From Chloropicon primus (Eukaryota): 64,000 bases of DNA. Location: assembly GCA_023205875.1 (NCBI GenBank), contig CP060755.1, positions 1,550,001-1,614,000 of the forward strand, given 5' to 3'. Position 1 is the first letter of the stretch; every line of letters begins with the position of its first letter. The notes under the pieces are model-generated. The model made no database searches, was not told where the DNA came from, and saw only the letters and a list, made by a program, of their open reading frames with translations. This document shows, piece after piece, positions 1-10,245 of this stretch. The position numbers were made by a program, and so were the translations under genes.

Positions 1-587
1 GACAATCCCTTCTCGATGACGTCGAGCTGCTTGTCTTGCTTGACCTTCCTCACCTCGTACTCCTCCCTGAAGGCGCGGGACTGGTCCGTCTGCTCGTAAG
101 ACCGACCCTCGTACTTGCCGTCCGTAAAGTCGTCCAGGCTGATGTGAGTCAGCTCCAGGGAGCTGAGGGCGGCCTGGCTCTGCTGCATGCTAAACTTTTT
201 CATGTTCGTCCCGATTCCGTCTGGGATCGACTTTATGTCCTCGATCAGCTCTTTGATCTGAGTCTGCCGCGACAGCAGGGCCTCCCTCGTCATCCCTTTG
301 ATCCTCTTGGCCCCGAGCTTGTCTAGCCGCGGGATCTCTATCGTGAGGAGACTGTTCTTCCCGCGCCTCAGCTCGGCATGAAGAGCAGCGCATGCCGCCT
401 TGTTGGACGACATGTCCTCAATGTCGTCGGCCTTCTGCTTCAGGGCTTCAATGTCGCTCTTTATTTGGCCGCAAAGGACGCCAAAGGGGTCCTGGGAGGA
501 CTCCGCCTTTTCCCTCTTCACCTCGTCGTACTTGCCATACGTTTCCAGAATGACCTCGCACCTGCTCAAAACATCTGGGAGACTCAT
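1..587 (-). CDS. SYP7: SYP7-family (SYP71-like) Qc-SNARE syntaxin; 3' end runs off the window
   Basis: Hand translation from ATG 587: MSLPDVLSRCEVILETYGKYD...HAELRRGKNSLLTIEIPRLDKLGAKRIKGMTRE...IPDG...YEQTDQSRAFREEYEVRKVKQDKQLDVIEKGL, matching plant SYP7 N-terminal and pre-SNARE motifs. Not in the ORF track (open at the edge). Confidence 0.85.
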   Translation of the reverse strand, partial: MSLPDVLSRCEVILETYGKYDEVKREKAESSQDPFGVLCGQIKSDIEALKQKADDIEDMSSNKAACAALHAELRRGKNSLLTIEIPRLDKLGAKRIKGMTREALLSRQTQIKELIEDIKSIPDGIGTNMKKFSMQQSQAALSSLELTHISLDDFTDGKYEGRSYEQTDQSRAFREEYEVRKVKQDKQLDVIEKGL

Positions 588-1119
588 CTTGCCCCCACCC
601 CTCTCTCTCGCTCAACCAGACGCGAGGAAACCGCTCCTTCCCTCCTTACTCGAGTGGCGTGGTGTTTCAGGGACGAGTTCTCCCTTTCGGCCACCACCGC
701 GTTTGCTTCCCAAGGCTTCGCTCCCCTCGGTCTCCCCGGACTCTCCTGACGCTCCTCAGAGCACTATGCAGAGTCCCAGACCCGACCGTCCCCCACCTCC
801 TTCCTCCAACCGCACGCCTTTGCGCTCGTCCGTCCAGTCGTCCCTCTCGTCCCCCACCGAGCGAGTTGTTCCTCGTCGCACCGAAACGGGAGAGGAGCCT
901 CAGCGAAACCTCGGTTGGCCTGCGGAGGTGTTCTCAGCGCACGAGGACCCTCCACTTTCCCTTCCCGTGCCGTCTGGTGCTTCCTCTTCCTTCGTCTCCG
1001 CCTCGCCTTGGGTCCGCCTTGGCGTTGTTGGTCGTCGTACACAACCTGCGGAGGAGGAGAGCAGCGCAGCGCTGCAGGTCGAGAAGGGAGAGGTTTGGCG
1101 ATCGGAGGAGGGGGGGGGG

Positions 1120-1719
1120 ATGGTGGTGAAGCACGAGGCTCTGGACGAGCTAGAGATCGTGGATGTCTTCCAGAACTATTGTATAGGTAAGCGGAGGACT
1201 TGGGGATGCTTGTAGATGATCATGATGATGATCATGATGAGGCTAGAGAGAGACAGACGGACGGGTTGTGTACGAAAGAGGAGAGGTACCCTTCCCGTCT
1301 AGTTGCGGTTCGTGTGTTTCCTGAAACGTGAGTGACTCTCTCTCTCTCTCTCTGTCTGTCTAAAACCAAACCCCTGAAACAACCTACCAGATTTTGTTCG
1401 AGCTAGGCGAGAGTGCTGGAGGAACGCCAAGGAAGGGAAAGGGACGGGGGAGTGCATCAAAGAGGAGCTGGCAGAGAAGCGGTGCCTCGCGACCCACTTC
1501 TGCCCTTCTCAAGCGAGGCGCTTCTACGAGCTCCGCGAGGGGGAATGCGCAAAATGGGCGCAGCGGTTCGCTTTCGGCCCTTCACAGGAGAGCGACTCCG
1601 TCTGTAGCAATCGGGCCAAGCAAAAGGTGTGCCGAGCTGTTGTCATGGAGCTCTCCAAGTGCCTATCGAAGTATAGGAAATACAATCCTGAGTACATAAA
1701 ACACAAGGACGACTTCTAA
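1120..1719 (+). CDS. Small Cys-rich CX9C (CHCH-like) protein, 131 aa; exons 1120-1186 and 1391-1719
   Basis: GTAAGC donor at 1187 and CCAG acceptor at 1390 give an open frame: MVVKHEALDELEIVDVFQNYCIDFVRARRECWRNAKEGKGTGECIKEELAEKRCLATHFC...VCRAVVMELSKCLSKYRKYNPEYIKHKDDF*. Three CX9C pairs. Confidence 0.7.
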
Positions 1720-1856
1720 CCGCAGTTCGGAATGGCATTGGGGAGGGGAGAGAGGAGCTTCAGAAGCGGTCTCTTTGTTACAGGGGAGCGGACACGATGT
1801 GAAGTCCCTCTCTCGATATAATAGTTATATGATGTATACTTTTCATTCTTCCTTGA

Positions 1857-3542
1857 TCAGTCGAGTTCCACAAGAGCCTGAAGGGTAGCGCTCACGACAG
1901 GTACCAGCCTAATGGAATAAATCGCCACCGTCGGAACCTTCGAGTCAGACACCGTCATGGTCGCCGCCAGCTTTGATTCCTTTGCGTTCCAAGACAGAAG
2001 GCCTGGCCCAGACATGCTCCTGCCGAAGAGTTTGTCCGATCCGATGATCTTGCTCGAGGGAAACAGCTTCGTGTTTGCCTTTTCGTTCCCCTCGCCCTCG
2101 GATCCCCCAGATTTGCTGTTGACGACGAGGTTGTCGTTCACCGCGTCCCAACACATCGAAGTGATCGGACGCTTGCTAACTAGGCTGGGGTCCATGACCC
2201 CGCTCACTCCGGGCAGGGAGAGCTGCATGAGGTGAATGTTTAGTGACGGCGCACTTTGGGATAGCCTGATCTGCTGCAGGGTTTCCAGACCCTCGAAACT
2301 CGCGAGCACAACGTTGTGGTCCGTGATCCACACGGCGTCCTTCATTCTGTGCTTGAAGGACCATTGCTGGAAGGTCCAGTTGTGGGTCTCCCAGATGAAG
2401 AAGGACCCGGACTCCGTCGCCACGAGGAGGTAATCCCCGCAGGGAGACCACTTGAGAAAGTGAGCCACTCCTTTATTCAACCCAGAGGAGAGTTTCGTGT
2501 TCACTGCAAGGGAGACGTCCCAAACTAGAAGCGGGGCGGAGGGCTTGTTGACCGATACGACCAGTAGCCTCCCGCAGGGGCTCCAAGACATTGACCTGAC
2601 TTGGCCGTGGCACTGAAGGAAGATCATCTCCGTCGAGGAGTCCAGGTAACCCAGCGGGTGCCTTGTCCTGGAGTTCTGCTGCATGTCCGTCTTGATGTGC
2701 CAAAGGCAGACCCCTCTGTTGCAGCCCACCGCGAGGCACCTCCCGCCTGCTGGCCTCCAGCTCACCTCGGTCGCCTTGTACTGGATGTCGCTCGTGAGGA
2801 CCGCGGTCTCCGCCAGGCTTCCCGCTCGAGAAATCTCAACGTCCTTGAAGCCGTCGGCTTTCTGCTTCCTTCGGTCGCTCACGGCGGAGAGAGGGCCAGC
2901 CGCCTCCAGGCCGAGAGAGAAGGTCGATTGCGTCGACGCTTCGACCAAGCCCGCCATGGCCCTCAGCCCCTTCTCGCTCTCTTGCCTGATCTCAAGAGCC
3001 ACGCTCGCCTTCGCCTTGGGGTCTCCGCCAACCCCAGTCGCCGCGCAGAGCAACCCCCGAAAGGATTTGTAGGACGTGGGCCTGTGCAGAGAGACCACCG
3101 CGTAAATCCCGCTCCCGTCGAGGGACGTCCCCACAATCGCCTGGGCGCAGTCCTCCGGCCGGACCAGCTTGGCGCGCAGGGCCTGCAGCCAGACCGAGAG
3201 CTGCTGGTCCCTCTGCTTCGCGTTCTCTTTCTGCCAATCAGACTTCAGCCGGAAGACCCAATGCCTCCCGTACGACTCGCCGTATATCCGCACCTGGTCG
3301 GCCTCGTCCAGGAGAGCTATCTCGCCGTGCTCGCTGTGCACGGCGGCCCCCCTTATCCCCGCTCCACCCTCGCCGCGCTCGGATCTCTTCCTCTTCGTCG
3401 TCGTCGTCGTCGTCGTCGTGTCTCCCCCTCCCCCGTCTTCCCTCCCCTTGATCGACAAGTACAGACCTCCCTCGTGGCTCGGATCGAGGTCCCTCTCGCT
3501 CTCCCCCACCGGTATCGTCACGCACCCCATCTCCTTCCCCAT
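1857..3542 (-). CDS. WD40 protein, Aladin (AAAS) nucleoporin-like
   Basis: 561-aa ORF; WRPAGGRCLAVGCNRGVCLW, WSPCGRLL, LKWSPCGDYLL and IWETHNWTFQQW resemble Aladin WD repeats. Confidence 0.75.
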   Translation of the reverse strand: MGKEMGCVTIPVGESERDLDPSHEGGLYLSIKGREDGGGGDTTTTTTTTKRKRSERGEGGAGIRGAAVHSEHGEIALLDEADQVRIYGESYGRHWVFRLKSDWQKENAKQRDQQLSVWLQALRAKLVRPEDCAQAIVGTSLDGSGIYAVVSLHRPTSYKSFRGLLCAATGVGGDPKAKASVALEIRQESEKGLRAMAGLVEASTQSTFSLGLEAAGPLSAVSDRRKQKADGFKDVEISRAGSLAETAVLTSDIQYKATEVSWRPAGGRCLAVGCNRGVCLWHIKTDMQQNSRTRHPLGYLDSSTEMIFLQCHGQVRSMSWSPCGRLLVVSVNKPSAPLLVWDVSLAVNTKLSSGLNKGVAHFLKWSPCGDYLLVATESGSFFIWETHNWTFQQWSFKHRMKDAVWITDHNVVLASFEGLETLQQIRLSQSAPSLNIHLMQLSLPGVSGVMDPSLVSKRPITSMCWDAVNDNLVVNSKSGGSEGEGNEKANTKLFPSSKIIGSDKLFGRSMSGPGLLSWNAKESKLAATMTVSDSKVPTVAIYSIRLVPVVSATLQALVELD

Positions 3543-3926
3543 CCTCGGCTCTCCCGTCCTTCCTCAAACAAGTTCCGTCTTGTCCCGTCCCCCAACGACC
3601 GCACCAAAACCAAAAAAACCTCCCCCCCTCTCCTCTCCTCTCCTCTTTTTTCGGATCCGAGATCTTTGACTGACTTTGGCCTTGGCCCAAAACAGCAAGT
3701 TCGTAAGGAGGGACGGAGTGTTGGGGGACGGATACGGACAAGACGGAGACGGAGACGAGACGAGACGAGACGCTCAAGGAGAGAGAGCACCTTGCTGAAG
3801 AGCGGGAAAGAACCGAGGAGGAACAAGTTTGCCTTGCGAGACGAGGACGACGACACGCTTGGGGTCCCCAACCAATTTTTGTGGTGACTTCCGGAAGAGA
3901 CTGCCATACAGTAAAGATTCTTCACC

Positions 3927-5350
3927 ATGTCGCTGATGATGGACGATAACCTCGCCGGCTCCGGCAACACCATCACGGAGGTGGCTAGCGTAAGTGCCCG
4001 AGATCTCGTTCGGCTTGGCTCTCGCTCGAGGAGCGCGCCCAGAGAGACTTGCTGTGCTGGTGTACGTGTGTATCTGTGTGTTCTCTGACGAATTCATGAA
4101 TTCCTTCCCTGCTCGGTCGCTTTTCGACCTGGCTTTTCTGCTTCTCCTTCGGGTTTGCCGGCGCGCAGGGGGAAATTGCGATGGAAGGCTGGCTGCGAAA
4201 GCGCGGAGCCCAAGTCAAGAACATCAAGAAGAGATACTTTATGTGCACAAGGGTGAGTCGCGTTGCCTTTTGCTCTCCCTCCCCTCCCTCCTTCCCCAAT
4301 CCTGCTGGCCCGCGCAACGCCTCCGTCTTGGTCTTGGTCTGACACCACCGCATCTGCTGTTGGTTCTTCTCCGTCCCGCAGGGTCAGCTGGGATACTACC
4401 ACGTGGAACATGAGTCGGCGCAGGACGGCGAAGTGAGGCTCGGGAAGAAAGGCTTCGTGGACCTCCAAAACGCGATATTGACGTACACGAGGCAGACCTT
4501 CCTTCACCTGAATAAGAGTCAGTACGAGGACGTGAAGCTCAAGGGCGTCGGGGAGTCGAAGAAGGTGACCAAGATGTTAGCAAAGTTTGGCTTGAGCTCC
4601 ACCGAGACCAAGGACACGCAGTGGGGATTCGTGGTGAGAGCGCAGGGGAAGGCCCTCACCATCTACGCAGAGTCGGAGGACGAGATGAAGAAGTGGATGA
4701 ACGCGATCGGGCGATGCCTGGTGCACTCCGTGCCGGCGGACAGCAACTACCCCAAGGTCGAGAAGGCCGGCTGGCTCGTCAAGTTCTTCCCGGGAGACAT
4801 GGAGAAGAAGATCCGCTTCGTGGAGCTCGCGCAGGGCAACCTGAGGTACTTCGAGGACGCCAGCGACGAGAACACCAAGGTGTACCTGAGCCTGACCAAC
4901 TGCAGGATCGGCGAGGTTCACGAGGTGGAGAACACGTTCTTCATCGCCGCCAAGGAGGAGAACCAGGTCTGGCACTTCACCGCGGAGACCGAGAGCGAGT
5001 GCTCGGACTGGATCACGCAGCTCCACAAGAACGTCCACATCACCTCCGCGGACTTGGAGAACATAGTGCACGAGGGCTGGATCGTCAAGGAGGGGAGGAT
5101 GAAGTCCACCCTGACCCGACGCTACTTCACGCTCACCAAGGGCCTCCTGTGCTACTACGAGAGCGAGGCCCTCTCCAAGCGCCTCGGCTCCTTCGACCTC
5201 GTCCCCGGGACCTGCATCAACATGGAGAACAGCGCGGACGGCCACCAGATCAACCTCGTGCACGAGAAGGACGGCCTCAAGCTCACCCTCCCCACGGAGG
5301 CCAAGATGAACGAGTGGGCGGACAAGATCAAGGAGAACCTCGTGACGTGA
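3927..5350 (+). CDS. Triple PH-domain protein; exons 3927-3989, 4169-4252, 4382-5350
   Basis: GTAAGT/GTGAGT donors and GCAG acceptors keep the frame. Three PH signatures (MEGWLRKRG..KKRYF, KAGWLVKF..KIRFV, HEGWIVKEG..RRYF), each with a C-terminal Trp helix (KKWMNAI, SDWITQL, NEWADKI). Confidence 0.8.
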
Positions 5351-5755
5351 ACTTGAGGATGGAGAGGAGAAGGACAAATAAGTAAAAAAAGAGGAGAAGA
5401 CAAACAATTTACAAGCAGACAAAAAAAGCTTTTTCTGGCCAGACTCCTTCCGTTACTCGTGTCCAAGTCCAGCAGGCACTTTTTTCCTTCCTCGCTCGCT
5501 CCTCTCCTCGGGCTTTTTCCCCTCGAAAAACGTTTTTCTCCCTCCATTGTGTGATTTCTACTCTAGGCTGTGGATAAGTCGATCTTGTCCGCCCAATCGA
5601 GCCAGATTTGCTCTCGGCCACTCCTTCGGGATCGAGAGAGAGTTCGGCAGGCAGAAAGGAGAGGTCGGTCGACGACGACGAGGACGACGACGAGGACGAC
5701 GACGAGGACGACTTTGCAGTAAGTTGACTTGACTTGACTTGAGAGAAGAGAAACG

Positions 5756-7960
5756 ATGGAGGCGACGAGAGCGAATGGGTGCTTGAGGACGGCGGGGGGA
5801 GCGAGGCTCGGGCTGAGGCCCAGCCAGGCGAGGAGGGCCGGCCTCGCGGCGAGGGTCCAGGCGAGGAGGACGCCTTTGGTGAGCCAGAGGGCGAGCGGGG
5901 TGGCTGCCCGGAGCAGCAGCGGGAAGGTGGTGAACGCGGCCGTGGCCGCCGCGCCGCCCGCGGTGTCCGAGGAGGTCATCGAGAAGTGCATCAACGCGAT
6001 CCGCTTCCTCGCGATCGACGGTGTGGAGGCCGCCAACTCGGGCCACCCTGGCCTGCCCATGGGCTGCGCCCCCATGTCGTACGTCCTTTGGAACGAGACG
6101 ATGAAGCACAACCCCAGCAACCCCAAGTGGATCAACAGGGACCGCTTCATCCTCTCCGCTGGCCACGGCTCCATGCTCGTGTACTCCCTCCTCCACTTGA
6201 CCGGGTACAACCTGCCCATCGAGGAGCTCCAGAGCTTCAGGCAGTGGGGAAGCAAGTGCGCCGGGCACCCCGAGAACTTCGTCACGGAGGGCGTCGAGGT
6301 GACCACTGGGCCCCTCGGAGCGGGCATCTGCAACGCCGTCGGCTTCGCCATGATGGAGAAGCACTTGGCCGCCAAGTTCAACAAGCCGGACTGCGAGCTG
6401 ATCGACAACTACACGTACTGCATCATGGGAGACGGCTGCAACATGGAGGGCATGTCCAACGAGGCCTGCTCCCTCGCCGGCCACTGGGGCCTCGGAAAGC
6501 TCATCGCTTTCTACGACGACAACTCCATCTCCATCGACGGGCACACCGACATCTCCTTCACCGAGGACGTGTCCGCGAGGTACGAGGCTTTGGGCTGGCA
6601 CGTGCTCCACGTCGAGAACGGCAACACCGACACCGACGCCATCAGGAAGGCCATCGCCGAGGCCAAGGCCGTTACCGACAAGCCGACCTTGATCAAGGTC
6701 ACCACGATCATCGGGTACGGGTCCCCGAACAAGGCCGACTCTCACGACGTCCACGGAGCCGCCCTCGGAGCGGACGAGGTCGCCGCCACCAGGGAGAACC
6801 TCAAGTGGGACTTGCCACCATTCGAGGTCCCCGAGGAGGTCTACGCCGCCATGAAGAACTCTAGCATCGAGAGGGGAGCCGCCGCCGAGGCCGAGTGGAA
6901 CGCCACCCTCGCCGCCTACACCGCCAAGTACCCAGAGGAGGCCGCCGAGTTCAAGAAGTTCTACATGGACGGAGAGGTCCCAGCCAACTGGTCCGATGTC
7001 CTCCCAACCTTCACCCCGGAGGACAGCGGTGTCGCCACCAGAATCCACTCCCAGACCATGCTGAACGCCGTCGCGTCCGCCTTCCCAACTTTCATGGGAG
7101 GATCTGCCGACTTGGCTCCTTCGAACATGACCTTGATGAAGGCCTTCGGAGACTTCCAGAAGGACACCCCAGCGGAGAGGAACGTTCGCTTCGGAGTCCG
7201 TGAGCACGGAATGGGATCCATTGCCAACGGGATGGCCTTGTACGGTGCCAACATCATCCCATACTGCGCCACCTTCTTCATCTTCACCGACTACATGCGC
7301 GCCGCCATGCGTTTGGCTGCCCTCTCCGAGATCGGTACCATCTTTGTCATGACCCACGATTCCATCGGATTGGGTGAGGACGGACCTACCCACCAGCCTA
7401 TTGAGCACTTGGCCAGCTTCAGGGCCATGCCAAACATCTACACTTTCCGCCCATGCGACGGAAACGAGACCGCGGGAGCCTACAAGATTGCCGTCGAGAG
7501 CAGAAAGACCCCATCCATCATGGTTTGCTCCAGGCAGGGACTGCCAAACCTCGAGGCGTCCAGCATCGACAACGTGGCCAAGGGAGCCTACACTGTCTAC
7601 GAGACCAGCTCCAGCCCAGATGTCATCGTCATCGGAACCGGAAGCGAAGTCGCTATCGCTATGGAGGGTGCTAAGAAGGTGGAGGCCGAGGGCAAGAGCG
7701 TCCGTGTGATCTCCATGCCATGCTGGGAGATCTTTGAGGCACAGAGCGACTCCTACAAGGAGTCTATCTTGCCATCTTCTGTGACTGCCCGTGTTAGCAT
7801 TGAGGCCGGAAGCACATTCGGATGGGAGAAATTCGTTGGATCGAAGGGTAAGTCCATTGGTGTTGACACCTTCGGTGCCAGCGCCCCAGGACCTCTTTTG
7901 TACGAAAAGTTTGGAATCACCAGCGATGCAGTTGCCGCTGCTTGCAAGGAAGTTATGTAG
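5756..7960 (+). CDS. TKL: Plastid transketolase
   Basis: 734 aa; Arg/Ala-rich transit peptide, [20 protein letters not shown], ThDP motif GDGC...[17 protein letters not shown]. Confidence 0.98.
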   Translation: MEATRANGCLRTAGGARLGLRPSQARRAGLAARVQARRTPLVSQRASGVAARSSSGKVVNAAVAAAPPAVSEEVIEKCINAIRFLAIDGVEAANSGHPGLPMGCAPMSYVLWNETMKHNPSNPKWINRDRFILSAGHGSMLVYSLLHLTGYNLPIEELQSFRQWGSKCAGHPENFVTEGVEVTTGPLGAGICNAVGFAMMEKHLAAKFNKPDCELIDNYTYCIMGDGCNMEGMSNEACSLAGHWGLGKLIAFYDDNSISIDGHTDISFTEDVSARYEALGWHVLHVENGNTDTDAIRKAIAEAKAVTDKPTLIKVTTIIGYGSPNKADSHDVHGAALGADEVAATRENLKWDLPPFEVPEEVYAAMKNSSIERGAAAEAEWNATLAAYTAKYPEEAAEFKKFYMDGEVPANWSDVLPTFTPEDSGVATRIHSQTMLNAVASAFPTFMGGSADLAPSNMTLMKAFGDFQKDTPAERNVRFGVREHGMGSIANGMALYGANIIPYCATFFIFTDYMRAAMRLAALSEIGTIFVMTHDSIGLGEDGPTHQPIEHLASFRAMPNIYTFRPCDGNETAGAYKIAVESRKTPSIMVCSRQGLPNLEASSIDNVAKGAYTVYETSSSPDVIVIGTGSEVAIAMEGAKKVEAEGKSVRVISMPCWEIFEAQSDSYKESILPSSVTARVSIEAGSTFGWEKFVGSKGKSIGVDTFGASAPGPLLYEKFGITSDAVAAACKEVM

Positions 7961-8029
7961 ACACCACTGAACGTTAAACATAAAGTAAGGAAGCACAGTT
8001 TATACCCTTTTTCTCGAGGTGCCTTTTTT

Positions 8030-9946
8030 TTACCGGGTGTTCCCTTCCATGAGTGCACTCCGCTCGGCTAGAAGCTCGCTGAGCTGCTCCACGGGATCCA
8101 TCCCGTTGGCTTCGACATTCGCTGGACGTGCACTCTCGTCGTCCTCTTCTTCATACGATCCCGCGTCAAGTATGTTCCCCGTGGTAGTAACTCTCATGGA
8201 AGTCCCCAGGCTGTCCATGACGTTGTTTGACGAGCCCCCGACGCTGAACATGCTTCTCAGCTGCTCGACCGTCAGCATCCCCTTCTTCTGGGAGGATCTC
8301 CCAACCTTCCCGTGGCTGGTCTGCTTTTTCATCCTCCTTGTGCCCCCCTGGTGCCTCTTGTGGCTTGTCGAGCCAAACTCAAGCCTCTGTATCGTCTCTC
8401 TCATCGCCTCGTTCTCCCTTCGAAGCTCGAAAAGCTCCATGAGGATTGCGGTCTCGACTGTGTGCAAATCCTTCTTGGACGAGGAAGCCTCTGCTCCCCC
8501 CTCTCCGTCCTCCATGGTCACAATGGCCTGGATGAACCGGAGCTGCTCTCTCAAATCCGCGTTTTCGACCATCAGAGCTTCGTTGACGTTCTGAGTCTCG
8601 ACTGCCATTTCCTCGTAGTCCGTGGCGCTGCTGCTTGGAACGGATGCCGCCGCAGGTGTGCTGGCCACAACGGGTTGCTGAGGAAGCGCGTTAGCACTGT
8701 GTCCTGCGGTCACTGCAGCCGGGACCAAGCCTGATTTGTACCTCACCAACTCGGCTTCAAGGACTTTTACCCTCTGCTTCAGTTCCCTGATCAGCTTTGT
8801 CTTCGGGTCCTCCCTGACAGTCATCTGATTCACGATGCTGCTTGCCCGGCTCGCGTACTCCAGAGTGCACAGGTTCTCCTCGTAAAAAGTATCGCTGGGG
8901 GTCAAGCAAGCCACCATTGTTGTGAATGCGTTGCCCCCCAGGGAGTTCTTGAGTAAGCTCGTCAGTGTGGAATCCCTGAACGGAATGTGGACATGGCGCC
9001 TCTTGCTGGCCAGGTTCGTGATCACCTTTCTCAGGGCAAACAATGACTGATTGATGAAGACGCTCTCACGGAGCAGTTCCTTCTTGGAGTTCGAGCCGGT
9101 GTGCCCGACCCGCTCCGAACCTGCCAGATCCACGAGCATCAGCGACGACTTGATTCGATCTCCTGGTGCCGCTTCACTTGGCATATCGACGTTGACCATG
9201 AAGATGGAGTGCGAACGACTCGACTGCATGTTCAGCCTGTGAGATGCTATTTTCCTGTTGCCCACTCCCCTTGCAAATCGATGAAGCATGTCATCTGGAG
9301 TCTCGCAGTCAAAGACGGACATGTTCTCAAGATAAAACTCCTTCTCCTTGCACCAGCGGAGCTTCAAGCGGCTGCTGAGTGCAGGCTTCCTGCTGCTGGA
9401 GGGCCTGTTGTTCCTGGCCGACCTGAGCCGGCCCATGTCAGCCTGCAGCAGGTCGTACGACTGCTCCATGTAAATTTGGACGAACGAGCAGCTGAACTTC
9501 ACCTCATCTCCGTGTTTCTTCTTCGCACGATCGAATAGCTCGTGGATAATCCTCGGGATGACTCCCACGTCGCTGCTCTTGGACGGTCCTTCGCCGGCAC
9601 CCTCCTTCCTCTTCTGGATGTCCTGCTTGCCTTCCATTGTGAAGGTCTTTCCCGTTCCCGTCTGGCCATAAGCGAAGACGGTGGAGTTGAACCCTTTGAC
9701 AACGGCTTCCACGGTGCGCGAGAACTCGCCCTTCTCGTACACAAGCTCTTGCGTGCTTGCCCCATCGAAAACGTTGTCAAAAGTAAACTCTTTCGTGTTC
9801 CCTTGGCGCGTGTTCAAACGAATCAGACCAGACTCCTTTTCCAGGTATATGCTATCCGTCGAGTGACTTCGCTCGTGCTCCAGGATAGGTCTGCACCTCA
9901 CCAACACCTTGATCTGCTTCGCATCACTCGTACTGCTTGAAGCCAT
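8030..9946 (-). CDS. Kinesin motor protein, KIF12/kinesin-16-like
   Basis: FAYGQTGTGKT, SSRSH, LVDLAGSER, HIPFRDSTLT. LRWCKEKEFYLENM and TLEYASRA recall KIF12. First in-frame ATG is 9946. Confidence 0.9.
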   Translation of the reverse strand: MASSSTSDAKQIKVLVRCRPILEHERSHSTDSIYLEKESGLIRLNTRQGNTKEFTFDNVFDGASTQELVYEKGEFSRTVEAVVKGFNSTVFAYGQTGTGKTFTMEGKQDIQKRKEGAGEGPSKSSDVGVIPRIIHELFDRAKKKHGDEVKFSCSFVQIYMEQSYDLLQADMGRLRSARNNRPSSSRKPALSSRLKLRWCKEKEFYLENMSVFDCETPDDMLHRFARGVGNRKIASHRLNMQSSRSHSIFMVNVDMPSEAAPGDRIKSSLMLVDLAGSERVGHTGSNSKKELLRESVFINQSLFALRKVITNLASKRRHVHIPFRDSTLTSLLKNSLGGNAFTTMVACLTPSDTFYEENLCTLEYASRASSIVNQMTVREDPKTKLIRELKQRVKVLEAELVRYKSGLVPAAVTAGHSANALPQQPVVASTPAAASVPSSSATDYEEMAVETQNVNEALMVENADLREQLRFIQAIVTMEDGEGGAEASSSKKDLHTVETAILMELFELRRENEAMRETIQRLEFGSTSHKRHQGGTRRMKKQTSHGKVGRSSQKKGMLTVEQLRSMFSVGGSSNNVMDSLGTSMRVTTTGNILDAGSYEEEDDESARPANVEANGMDPVEQLSELLAERSALMEGNTR

Positions 9947-10245
9947 GGTGTCGTTGATCCGCGCTCGCACGCACCAACGAGCGAGTGAGATGGGTCGAGA
10001 CCCGGCGCAGGCGACTGGGTCGTGCTCCGGAGGACTGCTTTTACCTTCCTTTGCCCTGCCTTCCCATGAACTCACGAGGTCTCATCGCGTCGTACAGCGA
10101 GATCTTTGGAATGCCAGAGAGTTCGAACAACGATGCCGCGAAAATTGCAGGGGATGATAGGGGTGAAGATTAGATGGTTGAAGGAAGGGGAAAAATGGAT
10201 GAACTTTACAAAAAGGTTGTCATGCACTTGTCTTCGCCACCATCT

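Noticed and set aside
400..1119. Pro/Ser-rich N-terminal part of ORF 400-1215
   Set aside because: Overlaps SYP7 antisense and pyrimidine-rich promoter DNA; only the part from ATG 1120 looks coding.
1361..1385. AAACCCCTGAAAC resembling a telomere repeat or telomerase template
   Set aside because: Single imperfect copy inside an intron 3' end.
5558..7996. 812-aa antisense ORF over transketolase (similar ones at 42416-44071, 45256-47382, 54239-55894)
   Set aside because: Shadow ORFs produced by strong G/C-ending codon bias on the coding strand; no recognisable motifs.
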